DNA of 64,000 nt from Planctomycetota bacterium (GCA_042576845.1 JBHPEQ010000004.1:1131-65130), one strand, 5' to 3'; positions 16,948-27,295 are shown, numbered from the stretch's first letter. Made by a program: numbers and translations. The notes: generated from the letters alone by a model not told the origin.

Positions 16948-18879
16948 CTACGCATTCTCAGATGTTTCGTGTTCAAGTTCTTCGCCGTGCCGAACAAGCC
17001 GGGCACTATTAAATACTACGACTAAAGAGCTTACAAAGTGCAGGACCGGAGCTAAAGTCGGCAGGATAAGAAATGAAAAAGATATTCCAAGAATGATAAA
17101 AGTTATGCCGAATGCCAGATTCAGATTTATTACCATCCTTGTTTTTCTTGAAAGCAGGATGAGAAAGGGAAGTCTCTTGAGGTCGTCGCTCATCAAAGCA
17201 ATTGAGGCGGAGTTTATAGCTACATCGCTGCCGGCGGCGCCCATAGCAATACCCAGGTCTCCGGCGGCAAGTGCAGGGGCATCGTTTATCCCATCACCAA
17301 CGACCACGACAGTGTGACCATCTGTTCTGAGCTTCTCAACAACGGCAAGCTTATCTTGTGGAAGACAGTGGGCCTTGAAATCGGTGCAGCCAAGTTCAGC
17401 AGCCACCCGGTTTGCGACTTCATCTCTGTCGCCGGTAAGCATCGTAACTTTTTTTATTCCGATATCGAGCAGTGCCTTTACAGCAAGCTGTGCTTCCGGC
17501 CTCGTTTTATCCTGCAGTCCTATCCAGCCGATACACTTTGAATCCTTTGCCACGTAAAGTGTGCTAAAGCCCTGTTCCTCGTGAAACTCGGCTTCAGTGA
17601 TATTACTCATATCAATATTGTTTTCCTTCAGAAAAGTGTCCCTTCCGACTATAATGTCGGCGGAATTTACGAGAGCGGTTACCCCTTTACCGGGATGCTC
17701 CTGAAAATTATCAGGCGGAGGCAGCTCCAGGTTTGCTTCTTTTGCGACCTCTGCCAGAGCTCTGGCAGCCGGGTGTTTGCTCATCCGTTCTGCAGAAGCG
17801 GCTAAGCTCAACAGTTCCCCCGGCTCTATGTCCTCTGCAGGTGTAAGTTTAGTTACATACAGCCGACCTGTTGTTACCGTTCCGGTTTTGTCGAACACCA
17901 ATGCAGTAACTTTGCCGGCGATTTCCAAATCTGCGACATTTTTGACGAGGACTCCAAGCCGGGCGGCAGCGGAAATAGCTGCTACCATTGCAGTAGGTGT
18001 AGCCAAAATCAAAGCACAGGGACAGGCGATTACGAGTATTGTAATTGTCTGATTGACGTTCCTGGTGAAAAACAGAATAATCGATGCAATCATCAAAATA
18101 GTTGGTACATACCATTTAACATAACGGTCGATTATCCTCATCATCGGTATTTTTGTCTGTTCGGCCTGTATAATCAATGACTGAACTTTTCCAAGCGTTG
18201 TATCTTTTCCGGCTTTTGTTACTTTGATGTCGAGGACGCCGGTCAGATTGTTTGTGCCTGCGAATATATTCATTCCAGGGACTTTGTCCACCGGCAAAGA
18301 TTCACCGGTTATGGTTGCCTCGTTGACGGAGCTTAGCCCTTTGACAACCTCACCGTCGGCAGGTATGTTGTCTCCGGGCCTGACACGAACAAAATCGCCT
18401 GGCTTCAGTGCGCTGACTTTGACCTCTTTTTCAGAACCGTCGGATTGTATAACGCTTGCTTTTTTAGGAGTAAGACGAATCAGAGATTCGATTGAAGCGC
18501 GGGCTCCGAGAGCGGTTCGAGTTTCTACAAGCTGACTTAAGAGCATAAAAAACCCAATTACTCCGGCACTTAGATAATTTCCCGTTGCGAAAGCCGCGAC
18601 AATAGCCAATGCCGCCAACTCGTCCATATGCGATTCTTTTCTAATAAGACATTTGAGGGCATGCCATACGATTGGTGCCCCGAGCAGAATTGCCCCGACC
18701 ATTTCGAGGGATTTTGTGTTGAAGCTATCGTAGCCGTAAAAAAAGCGAGCGATGATGCTGTTTATCATCAGCACACCACCAGCTAATGTTCCGAGCAGAG
18801 CGATGCTTACTCGAACCTGCCTGCCGTGGGTCTGTTCGGCAGAAATGTCTTCTTTGAAATGTAAATGTTCATGAGCCAT
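16948..18879 (-). CDS. Heavy-metal translocating P1B-type ATPase (specificity unresolved; no N-terminal HMA domain)
   Basis: TGES, CPC (ACPCALILATP), DKTGT, SKHP and GDGINDAP motifs. His-rich N-terminus MAHEHLHF. Confidence 0.9.
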   Translation of the reverse strand: MAHEHLHFKEDISAEQTHGRQVRVSIALLGTLAGGVLMINSIIARFFYGYDSFNTKSLEMVGAILLGAPIVWHALKCLIRKESHMDELAALAIVAAFATGNYLSAGVIGFFMLLSQLVETRTALGARASIESLIRLTPKKASVIQSDGSEKEVKVSALKPGDFVRVRPGDNIPADGEVVKGLSSVNEATITGESLPVDKVPGMNIFAGTNNLTGVLDIKVTKAGKDTTLGKVQSLIIQAEQTKIPMMRIIDRYVKWYVPTILMIASIILFFTRNVNQTITILVIACPCALILATPTAMVAAISAAARLGVLVKNVADLEIAGKVTALVFDKTGTVTTGRLYVTKLTPAEDIEPGELLSLAASAERMSKHPAARALAEVAKEANLELPPPDNFQEHPGKGVTALVNSADIIVGRDTFLKENNIDMSNITEAEFHEEQGFSTLYVAKDSKCIGWIGLQDKTRPEAQLAVKALLDIGIKKVTMLTGDRDEVANRVAAELGCTDFKAHCLPQDKLAVVEKLRTDGHTVVVVGDGINDAPALAAGDLGIAMGAAGSDVAINSASIALMSDDLKRLPFLILLSRKTRMVINLNLAFGITFIILGISFSFLILPTLAPVLHFVSSLVVVFNSARLVRHGEELEHETSENA

Positions 18880-18929
18880 TTTTAATCGTTCGTATTCAGT
18901 TATTTGTAATTATCTATTTCCCTGGTTTT

Positions 18930-20222
18930 TTATTCTTCCTCTTGTGATTTTGGTTTCAATGTCGGGTCTCTGTTTATCAGAATTCTAATCTCAACATTTT
19001 CAGCATCTCTGGTAGGCTGCAGAATTATCTTCTCGTCAGCGTTGTCAAGGACCTCCCTGATTGCATCCTGGTAAATGTTCTGGAGTACAAGTCTCGGTCT
19101 TTTGCGATATTCCGGCAGAATACTTTTGAGGTATTCTGCGCTTGCTTTGGCCTCTTCGACAACTTTTGTTCGATATGCCCTTGCCTCTGCTAATACTTGC
19201 TCGGCCTGGCCTGCTACCTGCCGCCAGAGTAATTCTTCTTCCTCTTTTTTAGTGATCGTTTTATTTGCTCGGATAACATCAAGAAGTTCCTCGGCAACGA
19301 GCCCTGCGGTCTTACTGAGGGTATTTTCCGCATATCCCATGGCTTCGCTCACGGCAGTTTGCCTAATTTGGCTTGCCTGGATAGAGGCCTGGAAAGCAGC
19401 ATCAACCTGTCGCGGCCAGGCCTTGTCGTCAATCTGAACTGATTGGACTTTTATGCCGCTTTTGACGCTGTCGAGCTTGGCTTGAAGCAGCGCCTTTACT
19501 TCGTTGGTTATACTCTCCTGTCCTGAGAAAAGAACCTCATCGATTGTGTAGTTGACCATCGTGGTTACAACAGTATCACGAACAAGAAATTCCAGGAACG
19601 GCTTTATGCCTCTTGTTATAACATCGAAGTATTTCTGACCCGGTTTTGTAACATCGACACTTACATTCTTAAAAAAGAGTTCTGGGTTGTCGATTTTATA
19701 GATTAACTGCCATTTGCAATGGACAATGTTATAGTCACTGCCTCCAGAACCGTCGCTTTGGCCATATTCTGCCAAACTCGAACTTCTGGTGATACAATAG
19801 CCGTCAATCAAAGGGTCGAGTGTGGGTTGTATGCGCGGTCGCGCCGGACTTTCCGGAAGCATATCGGAGGCACTTTCGTAATACCAAAAAGCATTAACAG
19901 CTAAATTCACGTTTTTACCAACGGGGATTTTTACCACTTCATCTATTGGATAAGGCAGTACTCCGTGCAGCCAGGGTAAGGGACCGATTAATCCGGGCTT
20001 GAGAATTCTTTCTTCCCCGACACCTTTTATTTTTCCAAATCTCAGGACAATACCTCGTTCATCGGGATCGATAGTGTGAAATCCCGATACCAGATAAAGC
20101 AACACCAGGGCTATCATTATGACCTTTAGAATGACAAACCAGATTTTCAAGGCCTCGGATAGAGACTTGCCGGCGGCATCAAAACCATTCGTATCATTTA
20201 TTTGGTTTTCAGTATCCTTCAT
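18930..20222 (-). CDS. SPFH/band-7 domain protein (HflK-like)
   Basis: N-terminal TM followed by IDPDERGIVLRFGK...PGL..PLPW (an SPFH entry motif) and a long coiled-coil-like C-terminal part. Confidence 0.75.
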   Translation of the reverse strand: MKDTENQINDTNGFDAAGKSLSEALKIWFVILKVIMIALVLLYLVSGFHTIDPDERGIVLRFGKIKGVGEERILKPGLIGPLPWLHGVLPYPIDEVVKIPVGKNVNLAVNAFWYYESASDMLPESPARPRIQPTLDPLIDGYCITRSSSLAEYGQSDGSGGSDYNIVHCKWQLIYKIDNPELFFKNVSVDVTKPGQKYFDVITRGIKPFLEFLVRDTVVTTMVNYTIDEVLFSGQESITNEVKALLQAKLDSVKSGIKVQSVQIDDKAWPRQVDAAFQASIQASQIRQTAVSEAMGYAENTLSKTAGLVAEELLDVIRANKTITKKEEEELLWRQVAGQAEQVLAEARAYRTKVVEEAKASAEYLKSILPEYRKRPRLVLQNIYQDAIREVLDNADEKIILQPTRDAENVEIRILINRDPTLKPKSQEEE

Positions 20223-20281
20223 TGGTTGTCAGAGACTTCTCAATTATTTTTAAGCATTGAATATCAAATCACAATATTATT

Positions 20282-21193
20282 TCAGTTTTCAACTTCGTTT
20301 GGGTCCGCCGGCTTGATATCCGGCATTTCTCTTAAAAGCTTAAACGGCTCGGTATCCGCGCTTATGACTACTGTCGCTCTTTCTTTGAGCGTCTTCTTGA
20401 GTGTTTCAATGTCACGCAGGAACATTGCAAGAGCCGGGTCTTTATCAAGCAGCTTATAATACTGTGCGGCTTCGGCGTCGCCGGCGCCTCTTATGGCCTT
20501 TGCCCTTGCCTGAGCTGCTGCAAGTAACTCGGTTTTTTTGGCGTCAGCATTAGTTCTTATCTTAGTGGCCTGGGCATCACCCTGAGCAATAGCTGCCAGT
20601 GTTCTTCGGTTTCTCTCAGCCCTCATTCTTGCGAAGACATCCTGGCTGACATCTTTGTTGATTTTAAGCTGCTTTATTCCCAGAGCTTCTATTTCTATGC
20701 CGTAATCTTCACTAACGGCCTTTCTGAGCTCTGTGAGCATCTCATCTTCTATTGATTTGAACTTTATTTTGGATTTATCGCTGTTGACGAATTCACCAAA
20801 GGAATGTCGGCCTATCACTCTGTTTTGAGTATCGCTGAGCTGGCTGTAAATCTTTCTGCCGGCCTCTTCGACGGTCCCGACAGCGTTAAAGAAATCCAAA
20901 GGATGTACAATTCTCCAGAGTACATAGGTGTTGACAATAATTGGAACCGCACCTTTTGTAGGGGTCTCACCGATGTCCGCTTCGTAACCCATCAAACGAG
21001 ATTCAAATTTGTAGACTCTTTGAATGGGGCCCGGCCATTTGAAATACCAGCCGGGTGTCGTAATCTCACGAGGGGCCCCGCCAAACGTTGTTACAAGGGC
21101 GGACTGGGTTTCTCTTACCTGAAAAGAGATAAGATAAAGTCCCAAAACAACAATTATCAACAGTATAAAAATGGTAAGTGTTATATTTTTCAT
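20282..21193 (-). CDS. SPFH/band-7 domain protein (HflC-like)
   Basis: N-terminal TM, the motif FQVRETQSALVTTFGG...PGWYFKWP, and an Ala/Arg-rich helical region (RAERNRR...AQARAKAIRGAGDAEAA). Confidence 0.8.
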   Translation of the reverse strand: MKNITLTIFILLIIVVLGLYLISFQVRETQSALVTTFGGAPREITTPGWYFKWPGPIQRVYKFESRLMGYEADIGETPTKGAVPIIVNTYVLWRIVHPLDFFNAVGTVEEAGRKIYSQLSDTQNRVIGRHSFGEFVNSDKSKIKFKSIEDEMLTELRKAVSEDYGIEIEALGIKQLKINKDVSQDVFARMRAERNRRTLAAIAQGDAQATKIRTNADAKKTELLAAAQARAKAIRGAGDAEAAQYYKLLDKDPALAMFLRDIETLKKTLKERATVVISADTEPFKLLREMPDIKPADPNEVEN

Positions 21194-23247
21194 TTTTGGC
21201 CTGGCTCCTCAATACCGGTAATATCATATAAATCCGGGGTCAGTTTTTCCTGCATGTCAATAATAAAGTTTTGTTTGTGCTCCGGGTCGGAGGCGATGAT
21301 AAATTTTCGAATATCCGTATATGATTCCTCATAAAAGAGCGCCCTCTCCTGATGTTTGTAAATTTCAGGAGCTGCTCGATAGGCCTTTAGTTGTCCTTCA
21401 AAACGTAGGCCTGTTGCCTGAGCAAGGGTTGCTTTCTCGAAGCTGTAACTTTGTGCCTGACGTAAGGTTTTGAAGATGTCCCCCTGTGCATCCTGAAAAG
21501 CAGAATCAAGCTGCTCGGCAAAATTTTCAGCTCTTTCAGTTTGATTGTTGTCTTTGGAAAGCTGGTATTTTGCTGCAAGCTCGTAAAGATTGTCGGCCTG
21601 CTCAACCGAACCGGCAAGAGTGCTTAAATCATAGTTTCTTTCGGCCTCTGCGTTAAGGATCAGCGCCTGTCTCTGCTGCACGGCACCAATAACTTTCTGG
21701 TAATCTTCAGCCACTTCAGGCGGCGGATGTATTTCCTGCAGGCCAAGAAATATGACTTCGACACCGAGGCCGGCCTCATCTGCCTTTTGCTGAACATTAG
21801 TTGTTAGGACCTCTTTGGCTTCGCTTCTGCCCGCTCCGAGAAGACTGTGCTCAAGTTGAGACTCAGTATCGACTTCAATCGTGGCACTCGCGGCGAACTT
21901 GGTAAGTTCCTGATAACATATTGCTTCGAGTATTTTTTCGGGCTCTGTATGTTTATAAAGAAAATCATATAAATTTTTCACTCTGTACTGAACCGGTACG
22001 GCAGCCATAACAAAACTTACCGGAACGGCGCCTTCAGCAGTTGTTGCACCGGTTTGCTGACTTGCAACCAGAAGGTTGTATTCTTCCCCATGGTGGGCTT
22101 TCCCCCACAACAGCGGTCCGTAGCCGATTTTGAAACTGGGGTCCTTTTTAGGAATGAACCCGACACTGATTTCGGAAACCTTTTTAGTTGGATGCCTGTG
22201 AACGGTATTTATTGGCCAGGGATATTTAAAATGTATTCCCGGCTCCAGAATTCGTACCTCACCGTCTTTATCCTTGGGATTGCCAAAATGCTCTACTATT
22301 GCCTCCTCATCAGAAGCTATTACAACTACTGAGCTTAAAAAATACAGAACACAGACGGCAAAGAGGATAAGAGGCAGAATCGCCTTTTCGAGTAATTTGT
22401 AAAACCAGGTTTGGGAAACTTTGAACCCGAACTGGTAATCAATAGCTCCGGCAGCAGTATGCAGTATTTCGCCGGGCTCGTTTATAATCCCGAGCAATCT
22501 GCTGTCAAAGGCGGCTCGGCTGTACCTACCTTTTATTCGGGGACGATAAATGTTAAGGATAACATTCAGCGCTGTCTCGATACCAAGCAACATCAGTAAA
22601 ATTGGAATCAGATAGCTGAATATTGTAACACCGAGAGGATAACCGAATTCTGCAAATGCCAGCGCTACGGCAAGACCGAAACATACTACTGAAACAGCGA
22701 GGGTTATGCTGCCTCCCGCCCTTAATGGTTTCCATTTTAATTGACCGGACATACCGGTGGCATATCGAGAAAAGAGGAAGCTGACAAATGCTATTGCCGT
22801 CATACAGATTGCACAAAGCAACGGCTGTTTGGTCTCTAAAACAGAATCCGGGACGGCTTTTAATAAATAAAAACCGAGCACGGCTTGATAAATCCCAATG
22901 GCTGCTGAGAAGAAAGGAAGGAACCATTTTTCGAGCAGTTGCAATCTGCGTCGAGCAACGGCAAATAAAGTACTCTGTTCGCCCTTTGCCTGAAAGATTG
23001 CAGAAGACCCATCGTCTTTCTGCATCTGGCTCGTATCGAGCTTTTCACGCTCTGCAAGTGCACGCTGGTGAAACTGAATAAGCAAAACAAGCCAAATCAG
23101 GCCGGCGGAAAAAATGAGCCAGCTAACCGCATATACAGCATAGAAACCGCTCCAGCGTCCTATAAGCAGGGTGACAAAATAAAAGATGACGCATAGAATC
23201 AGTGAAATCCAAGCTATATATTCAGCACGTTTTGACGATATTGTCAT
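21190..23247 (-). CDS. Polytopic membrane domain fused to an SPFH/band-7 domain
   Basis: 685 aa. The N-terminal roughly 300 aa has multiple hydrophobic helices, followed by DEEAIVEHFGNP...PGIHFKYPWP (SPFH). Its stop overlaps the start of the next gene (ATGA at 21190-21193). Confidence 0.7.
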   Translation of the reverse strand: MTISSKRAEYIAWISLILCVIFYFVTLLIGRWSGFYAVYAVSWLIFSAGLIWLVLLIQFHQRALAEREKLDTSQMQKDDGSSAIFQAKGEQSTLFAVARRRLQLLEKWFLPFFSAAIGIYQAVLGFYLLKAVPDSVLETKQPLLCAICMTAIAFVSFLFSRYATGMSGQLKWKPLRAGGSITLAVSVVCFGLAVALAFAEFGYPLGVTIFSYLIPILLMLLGIETALNVILNIYRPRIKGRYSRAAFDSRLLGIINEPGEILHTAAGAIDYQFGFKVSQTWFYKLLEKAILPLILFAVCVLYFLSSVVVIASDEEAIVEHFGNPKDKDGEVRILEPGIHFKYPWPINTVHRHPTKKVSEISVGFIPKKDPSFKIGYGPLLWGKAHHGEEYNLLVASQQTGATTAEGAVPVSFVMAAVPVQYRVKNLYDFLYKHTEPEKILEAICYQELTKFAASATIEVDTESQLEHSLLGAGRSEAKEVLTTNVQQKADEAGLGVEVIFLGLQEIHPPPEVAEDYQKVIGAVQQRQALILNAEAERNYDLSTLAGSVEQADNLYELAAKYQLSKDNNQTERAENFAEQLDSAFQDAQGDIFKTLRQAQSYSFEKATLAQATGLRFEGQLKAYRAAPEIYKHQERALFYEESYTDIRKFIIASDPEHKQNFIIDMQEKLTPDLYDITGIEEPGQK

Positions 23248-23444
23248 TATGTTTCCCGGTTTTGTCTAACGAACAAATGTGTTTCAAATATAGTATCTAT
23301 TCCATATACGTACAAATTCTTTACAAACTTAAAAAAAATCAGTATAACATTAATCAAAGCCGTATCATAGAGTTAATTACAATAAAACAATTTCCAATCA
23401 ATATATTGTGTCCGTGACGGGGTCTTTCAAGCGGTTGAAAACAA

Positions 23445-24407
23445 ATGAATAAGTTATTTGCATTAACAAAAAACACCTTTATCGAGACTATAAGGCAGCC
23501 TGTCTATGCCGTTCTTATTATTGCAGTTTTGCTGTTAATGTTTATAAGCCCGTCGATAACAATGTATTCATTGAGCGACGATACCAAGTTTTTGCGAGAG
23601 ATAGGTCTATCTACGTTATTTCTCTCAAGCTTGTTCATAGCAATATTTTCGGCCTCAGGGGCAGTTGCCGACGAGATAGAAAATAAGACTGTAACGACAG
23701 TATTGAGTAAGCCGATTCAACGTCCGATATTTATTATTTCAAAATTCCTTGGCGTTACCTGCGCGGTGGCGATGGCCCATTATATCTGTACTATCGCTTT
23801 GCTGATGGCTATCAGGCATGGTGTCCTGGAGACGGTCAATGATACGCACGACTGGACGGTTTTGACCTCCGCCGGCATCAGTATTATTCTGGCATTTCTC
23901 CTAAGTGCTTTTCTAAACTTGGCTTACGACTGGAAGTTCACTGCCAGTGCGATTGTCCTGCTTGCTATATTCGGAACGTTAAGTATGACGTTTTTGTTTT
24001 TTATCGACAAGCAGTGGCAGTTCAATCCTGAAAATAATGCTATAAACACCGTTGATATTTACGGCGCCCTGCTGCTGTTTTTAGCGGTTGTGATTGTTGT
24101 CTCTCTGGCGATTGCTTTTTCTGCAAGATTTAATATCGTCGTCACGCTTTTGTTCTGCGTCGGGATTTTTTTCCTGGGTCTTATCAGCAACTGGGCATTC
24201 GGGGAGCTGGCTGAGTCACACCTTTGGGCAAAGATTTGTTTCTTTCTCGTGCCAAATCTACAGGTTTTCTGGATAAGCGATGCTATCTACGAAGACAGTG
24301 AGGTTCCACTAAAATATATCGTGATAGGCAGTGCATATGCGATTTCTTATTCAACTGCTGTCCTCCTGGTGGCAATTGCGGTCTTTCAAAGACGTCAGGT
24401 TGGTTGA
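23445..24407 (+). CDS. ABC-2-type permease-like polytopic membrane protein (no adjacent ATPase)
   Basis: 320 aa with 6 or more hydrophobic segments. The N-terminal block ALTKNTFIETIRQP...LSKPIQR is paralogous to 14287-15657. Confidence 0.6.
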   Translation: MNKLFALTKNTFIETIRQPVYAVLIIAVLLLMFISPSITMYSLSDDTKFLREIGLSTLFLSSLFIAIFSASGAVADEIENKTVTTVLSKPIQRPIFIISKFLGVTCAVAMAHYICTIALLMAIRHGVLETVNDTHDWTVLTSAGISIILAFLLSAFLNLAYDWKFTASAIVLLAIFGTLSMTFLFFIDKQWQFNPENNAINTVDIYGALLLFLAVVIVVSLAIAFSARFNIVVTLLFCVGIFFLGLISNWAFGELAESHLWAKICFFLVPNLQVFWISDAIYEDSEVPLKYIVIGSAYAISYSTAVLLVAIAVFQRRQVG

Positions 24408-24453
24408 AATACACAGGTAAAAAGTTGAAAATCAGCTATTCTTCCCTCTATAC

Positions 24454-24909
24454 CTACCGAATCTCTTTCAAAACTGCAATCTCATCGCAGTTCTGCTGTT
24501 TTGGGCACTTCGCACAATCCTTCCAGACCTTCATAGGCAGGGTATCTTTTTCTATCTCCTGGAATTCTAATTTTCCAAAGAATTCGGGATTTAAGGTAAG
24601 GGCGAAAACTCGTGCCAGGCCGAGCTCGCAGGCCTGCTGAATTGCTGCTTCGACAAGCATTTTACCGGCACCTTTCGTTGTGTACCGAGAGTCTACCGCC
24701 AGGGACTTTATTTCAGCAAGGTCTGAGAAGATAACTTCCAGAGCGCAGCAGCCAATCACGTTCCCGTCAAGCTCAGCAACAGTAAAAGTCTGCAGGTTTT
24801 CATAAATATCAGCCGGCGAGCGAAAAAGCATTTGTTCCCGCTCAGCATAGCTTGTGATAAGGGAATGAATGGCCTGGACATCTGCTACTTTTGCTTTTCG
24901 TATTTTCAT
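24454..24909 (-). CDS. GNAT-family N-acetyltransferase (short ArgA-like amino-acid acetyltransferase type)
   Basis: The track ORF extends to 24999. The internal ATG at 24909 gives MKIRKAKVADVQAIHSL. GNAT acetyl-CoA motif (LAVDSRYTTKGAGKMLVEAA) and a Cys-rich C-terminus (WKDCAKCPKQQNCDE). Confidence 0.75.
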   Translation of the reverse strand: MKIRKAKVADVQAIHSLITSYAEREQMLFRSPADIYENLQTFTVAELDGNVIGCCALEVIFSDLAEIKSLAVDSRYTTKGAGKMLVEAAIQQACELGLARVFALTLNPEFFGKLEFQEIEKDTLPMKVWKDCAKCPKQQNCDEIAVLKEIR

Positions 24910-25276
24910 AAAACACAAGTATAACCTTAAAAGACCGAACGCACAAAAAAAATATGACCAGGTTGTTTCTCGGCATGACAGGAGTCGGTCTCCGCTCAAA
25001 GGTTATAATGACAAACGCAGATTTTACAAGCGACTCAAATGTATAAACTCGATGGTTTTAGGGTTGACTTGTCGGCAAATCACGTTAAACTAACCTCTCC
25101 TAAAAAATCGAGCCGAATAGCAATGTCAATTAAAACAGGGCCAAAACTAACCTGTAATTCGGAAAAATATTTGATACTAAAAAAAGCAATTTACTGTTGT
25201 AGTTTTCTGATTTGAGTGGATGTAGTGTAGACAGTCTTCGTTATTCTTGAAAGCGGCTATACGAAGGAGATAAAAC

Positions 25277-26188
25277 GTGGCCTATAACTGTGTCGTTGCT
25301 GTAAAGCAGGTCCCTGATACGAAAACAATCACCGGCCAGGCAATGAACGAGGACGGGACTGTCAATCGAACCGCCCTTCCTGCAATATTTAATCCGGAAG
25401 ACTTAAACGCACTTGAGTTTGCGCTGGATATTAAGGCCGGATTCGGCGGCAAGGTAACCGTTGTTACTATGGGACTGCCGGCGGCGGCTGATATACTACG
25501 GGAATCACTTTTTCGTGGTGCTGATGAAGCGGTGCTGATTACAGACATTCATTGTGCGGCAAGCGACACCTTAGCGACCAGCTATATACTAAGTTGTGCA
25601 ATCAAAAAGATGGAATATGATATAGTTCTGTGCGGCAGGCAGGCGATTGACGGCGATACGGCACAGGTCGGGCCTCAATTAGCGGAAAAGCTCGGCGTTC
25701 CGCAAATTACGTATGTTGAAGAACCGGCTCAGTTAAAGGGAAAAACTATAACGGCCCGACGCAATATCGGAAACGGATGGCAGCTTATAAAAACGAAGCT
25801 GCCTGCCCTTTTGACTGTTACGGCTGATGCAAATGAGCCAAGGGTCGGTGCTGCTAAGAAGATGATGAAATATAAAAATGCACGAGCGCCGATAGAAATT
25901 GATGAAAAAATCAAAGCGGAAAACAAAGCGGCAAGCAGCGTGGAAATACAAAATCTTGTTGAACATAAATGCGGTGAATTAGAAAAAAAGGGTTTGTTGA
26001 TTAAGCGGTGGGATCTGGATTTTCTTGAAGCAGATTTGACCTGGTGCGGGCGAAACGGCTCGCCGACCAAGGTCCATCGAATTCAAAGCGTCGTCCTGGC
26101 CGCAAAAGAAAGCAAAAATGTCGAGCCAAGCGACAAAGGAATTGCAGAAATGATACACGAGCTGATTGAGGACAAAACAATAGCATAG
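25277..26188 (+). CDS. etfB: Electron transfer flavoprotein, beta subunit
   Basis: GTG start preceded by aaggaga. Motifs VAVKQVPDT, CGRQAIDGDTAQVGP and GSPTKV. Confidence 0.9.
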   Translation: MAYNCVVAVKQVPDTKTITGQAMNEDGTVNRTALPAIFNPEDLNALEFALDIKAGFGGKVTVVTMGLPAAADILRESLFRGADEAVLITDIHCAASDTLATSYILSCAIKKMEYDIVLCGRQAIDGDTAQVGPQLAEKLGVPQITYVEEPAQLKGKTITARRNIGNGWQLIKTKLPALLTVTADANEPRVGAAKKMMKYKNARAPIEIDEKIKAENKAASSVEIQNLVEHKCGELEKKGLLIKRWDLDFLEADLTWCGRNGSPTKVHRIQSVVLAAKESKNVEPSDKGIAEMIHELIEDKTIA

Positions 26189-26252
26189 AAAAGTAGAAAA
26201 AGACAAAAAAGATTACGACGAGAAACGATAAGCTAAACACAAGAAACAAAAT

Positions 26253-27281
26253 ATGATAGATGTGAATAGAGAAGGTGAAGTTTGGGTATTTGCCGAGCAG
26301 CACGCTGGACAGTTGGAGGATACCCCGCTCGAATTGTTAAGCAAAGGCAGGGCTCTGACGGATAAGCTCGGTGTTAAACTGGCTGCGGTACTTTTAGGAG
26401 ATGCCATCAATCCGCTTTCCGAAAAGCTGATACAATATGGTGCGGATAAAGTATATACGACAGAGCACAAGCTGCTCAAGGATTACCAGTCCAGCAGCTA
26501 TGCGAAGGTGATGTATGATTTGATTCACAAGTATGAGCCACAGATTGTGCTCTATGGAGCAACCCATACGGGCAGGGATTTGGCGCCCCGTATCGCAAGC
26601 GCAGCAAAGGCGGGACTGACGGCGGACTGTACAGACCTTCAGATTGGAGACCATAAGCCGGCGAACAGTAAAGAAACCTTCAAGAATTTACTGTTCCAGA
26701 TAAGACCCGCATTCGGCGGAAATATTATTGCTACGATTATAAATTATGACCGCTGGCCTCAAATGGCAACCGTCCGCGAGGGTGTTATGCCTATGCCGGA
26801 ACCGGACAAAGACAGAAAAGGAGAGGTCATCAGCGAGATGGTACAGCTTTCGCAGCAGGATTTGGCTCTTGAGATTATCGATGAACACAAACGAGAGAAA
26901 AAGGTCAATCTTAAAGCGGCAAGGATAATCGTCGCTGGCGGAGCAGGCGTAGGCAGTAAGGATAATTTCCGGCTTATATGGGATTTAGCCAACTGTCTTG
27001 GAGCGGCGCCGGCAGCTACCAGAGCTGCGGTGGATTTGGGCTTTATTGACGGCGACCATCAGGTTGGTCAGACGGGGACAACCGTAAGGCCAAGTCTTTA
27101 TATAGCAGTTGGAATAAGCGGAGCGATTCAGCATCAGGCAGGTATGTCAGAAAGCCAAAAAATCATCGCAATAAACAACGACCCCGATGCGCCGATTTTC
27201 GATATTGCACATTATAAGATAGTAAGCGATTTAATCGAAGTTGTGCCGAAGATAATTAGCACAATCAGGAAAAAAGCTTAA
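26253..27281 (+). CDS. etfA: Electron transfer flavoprotein, alpha subunit
   Basis: C-terminal FAD-binding block: VAGGAGVG, RAAVD.GFI....QVGQTG..V.P.LYIAVGISGAIQH..GM and IIAINNDPDAPIF. Confidence 0.9.
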   Translation: MIDVNREGEVWVFAEQHAGQLEDTPLELLSKGRALTDKLGVKLAAVLLGDAINPLSEKLIQYGADKVYTTEHKLLKDYQSSSYAKVMYDLIHKYEPQIVLYGATHTGRDLAPRIASAAKAGLTADCTDLQIGDHKPANSKETFKNLLFQIRPAFGGNIIATIINYDRWPQMATVREGVMPMPEPDKDRKGEVISEMVQLSQQDLALEIIDEHKREKKVNLKAARIIVAGGAGVGSKDNFRLIWDLANCLGAAPAATRAAVDLGFIDGDHQVGQTGTTVRPSLYIAVGISGAIQHQAGMSESQKIIAINNDPDAPIFDIAHYKIVSDLIEVVPKIISTIRKKA

Positions 27282-27295
27282 AGACAGGACAGGTT

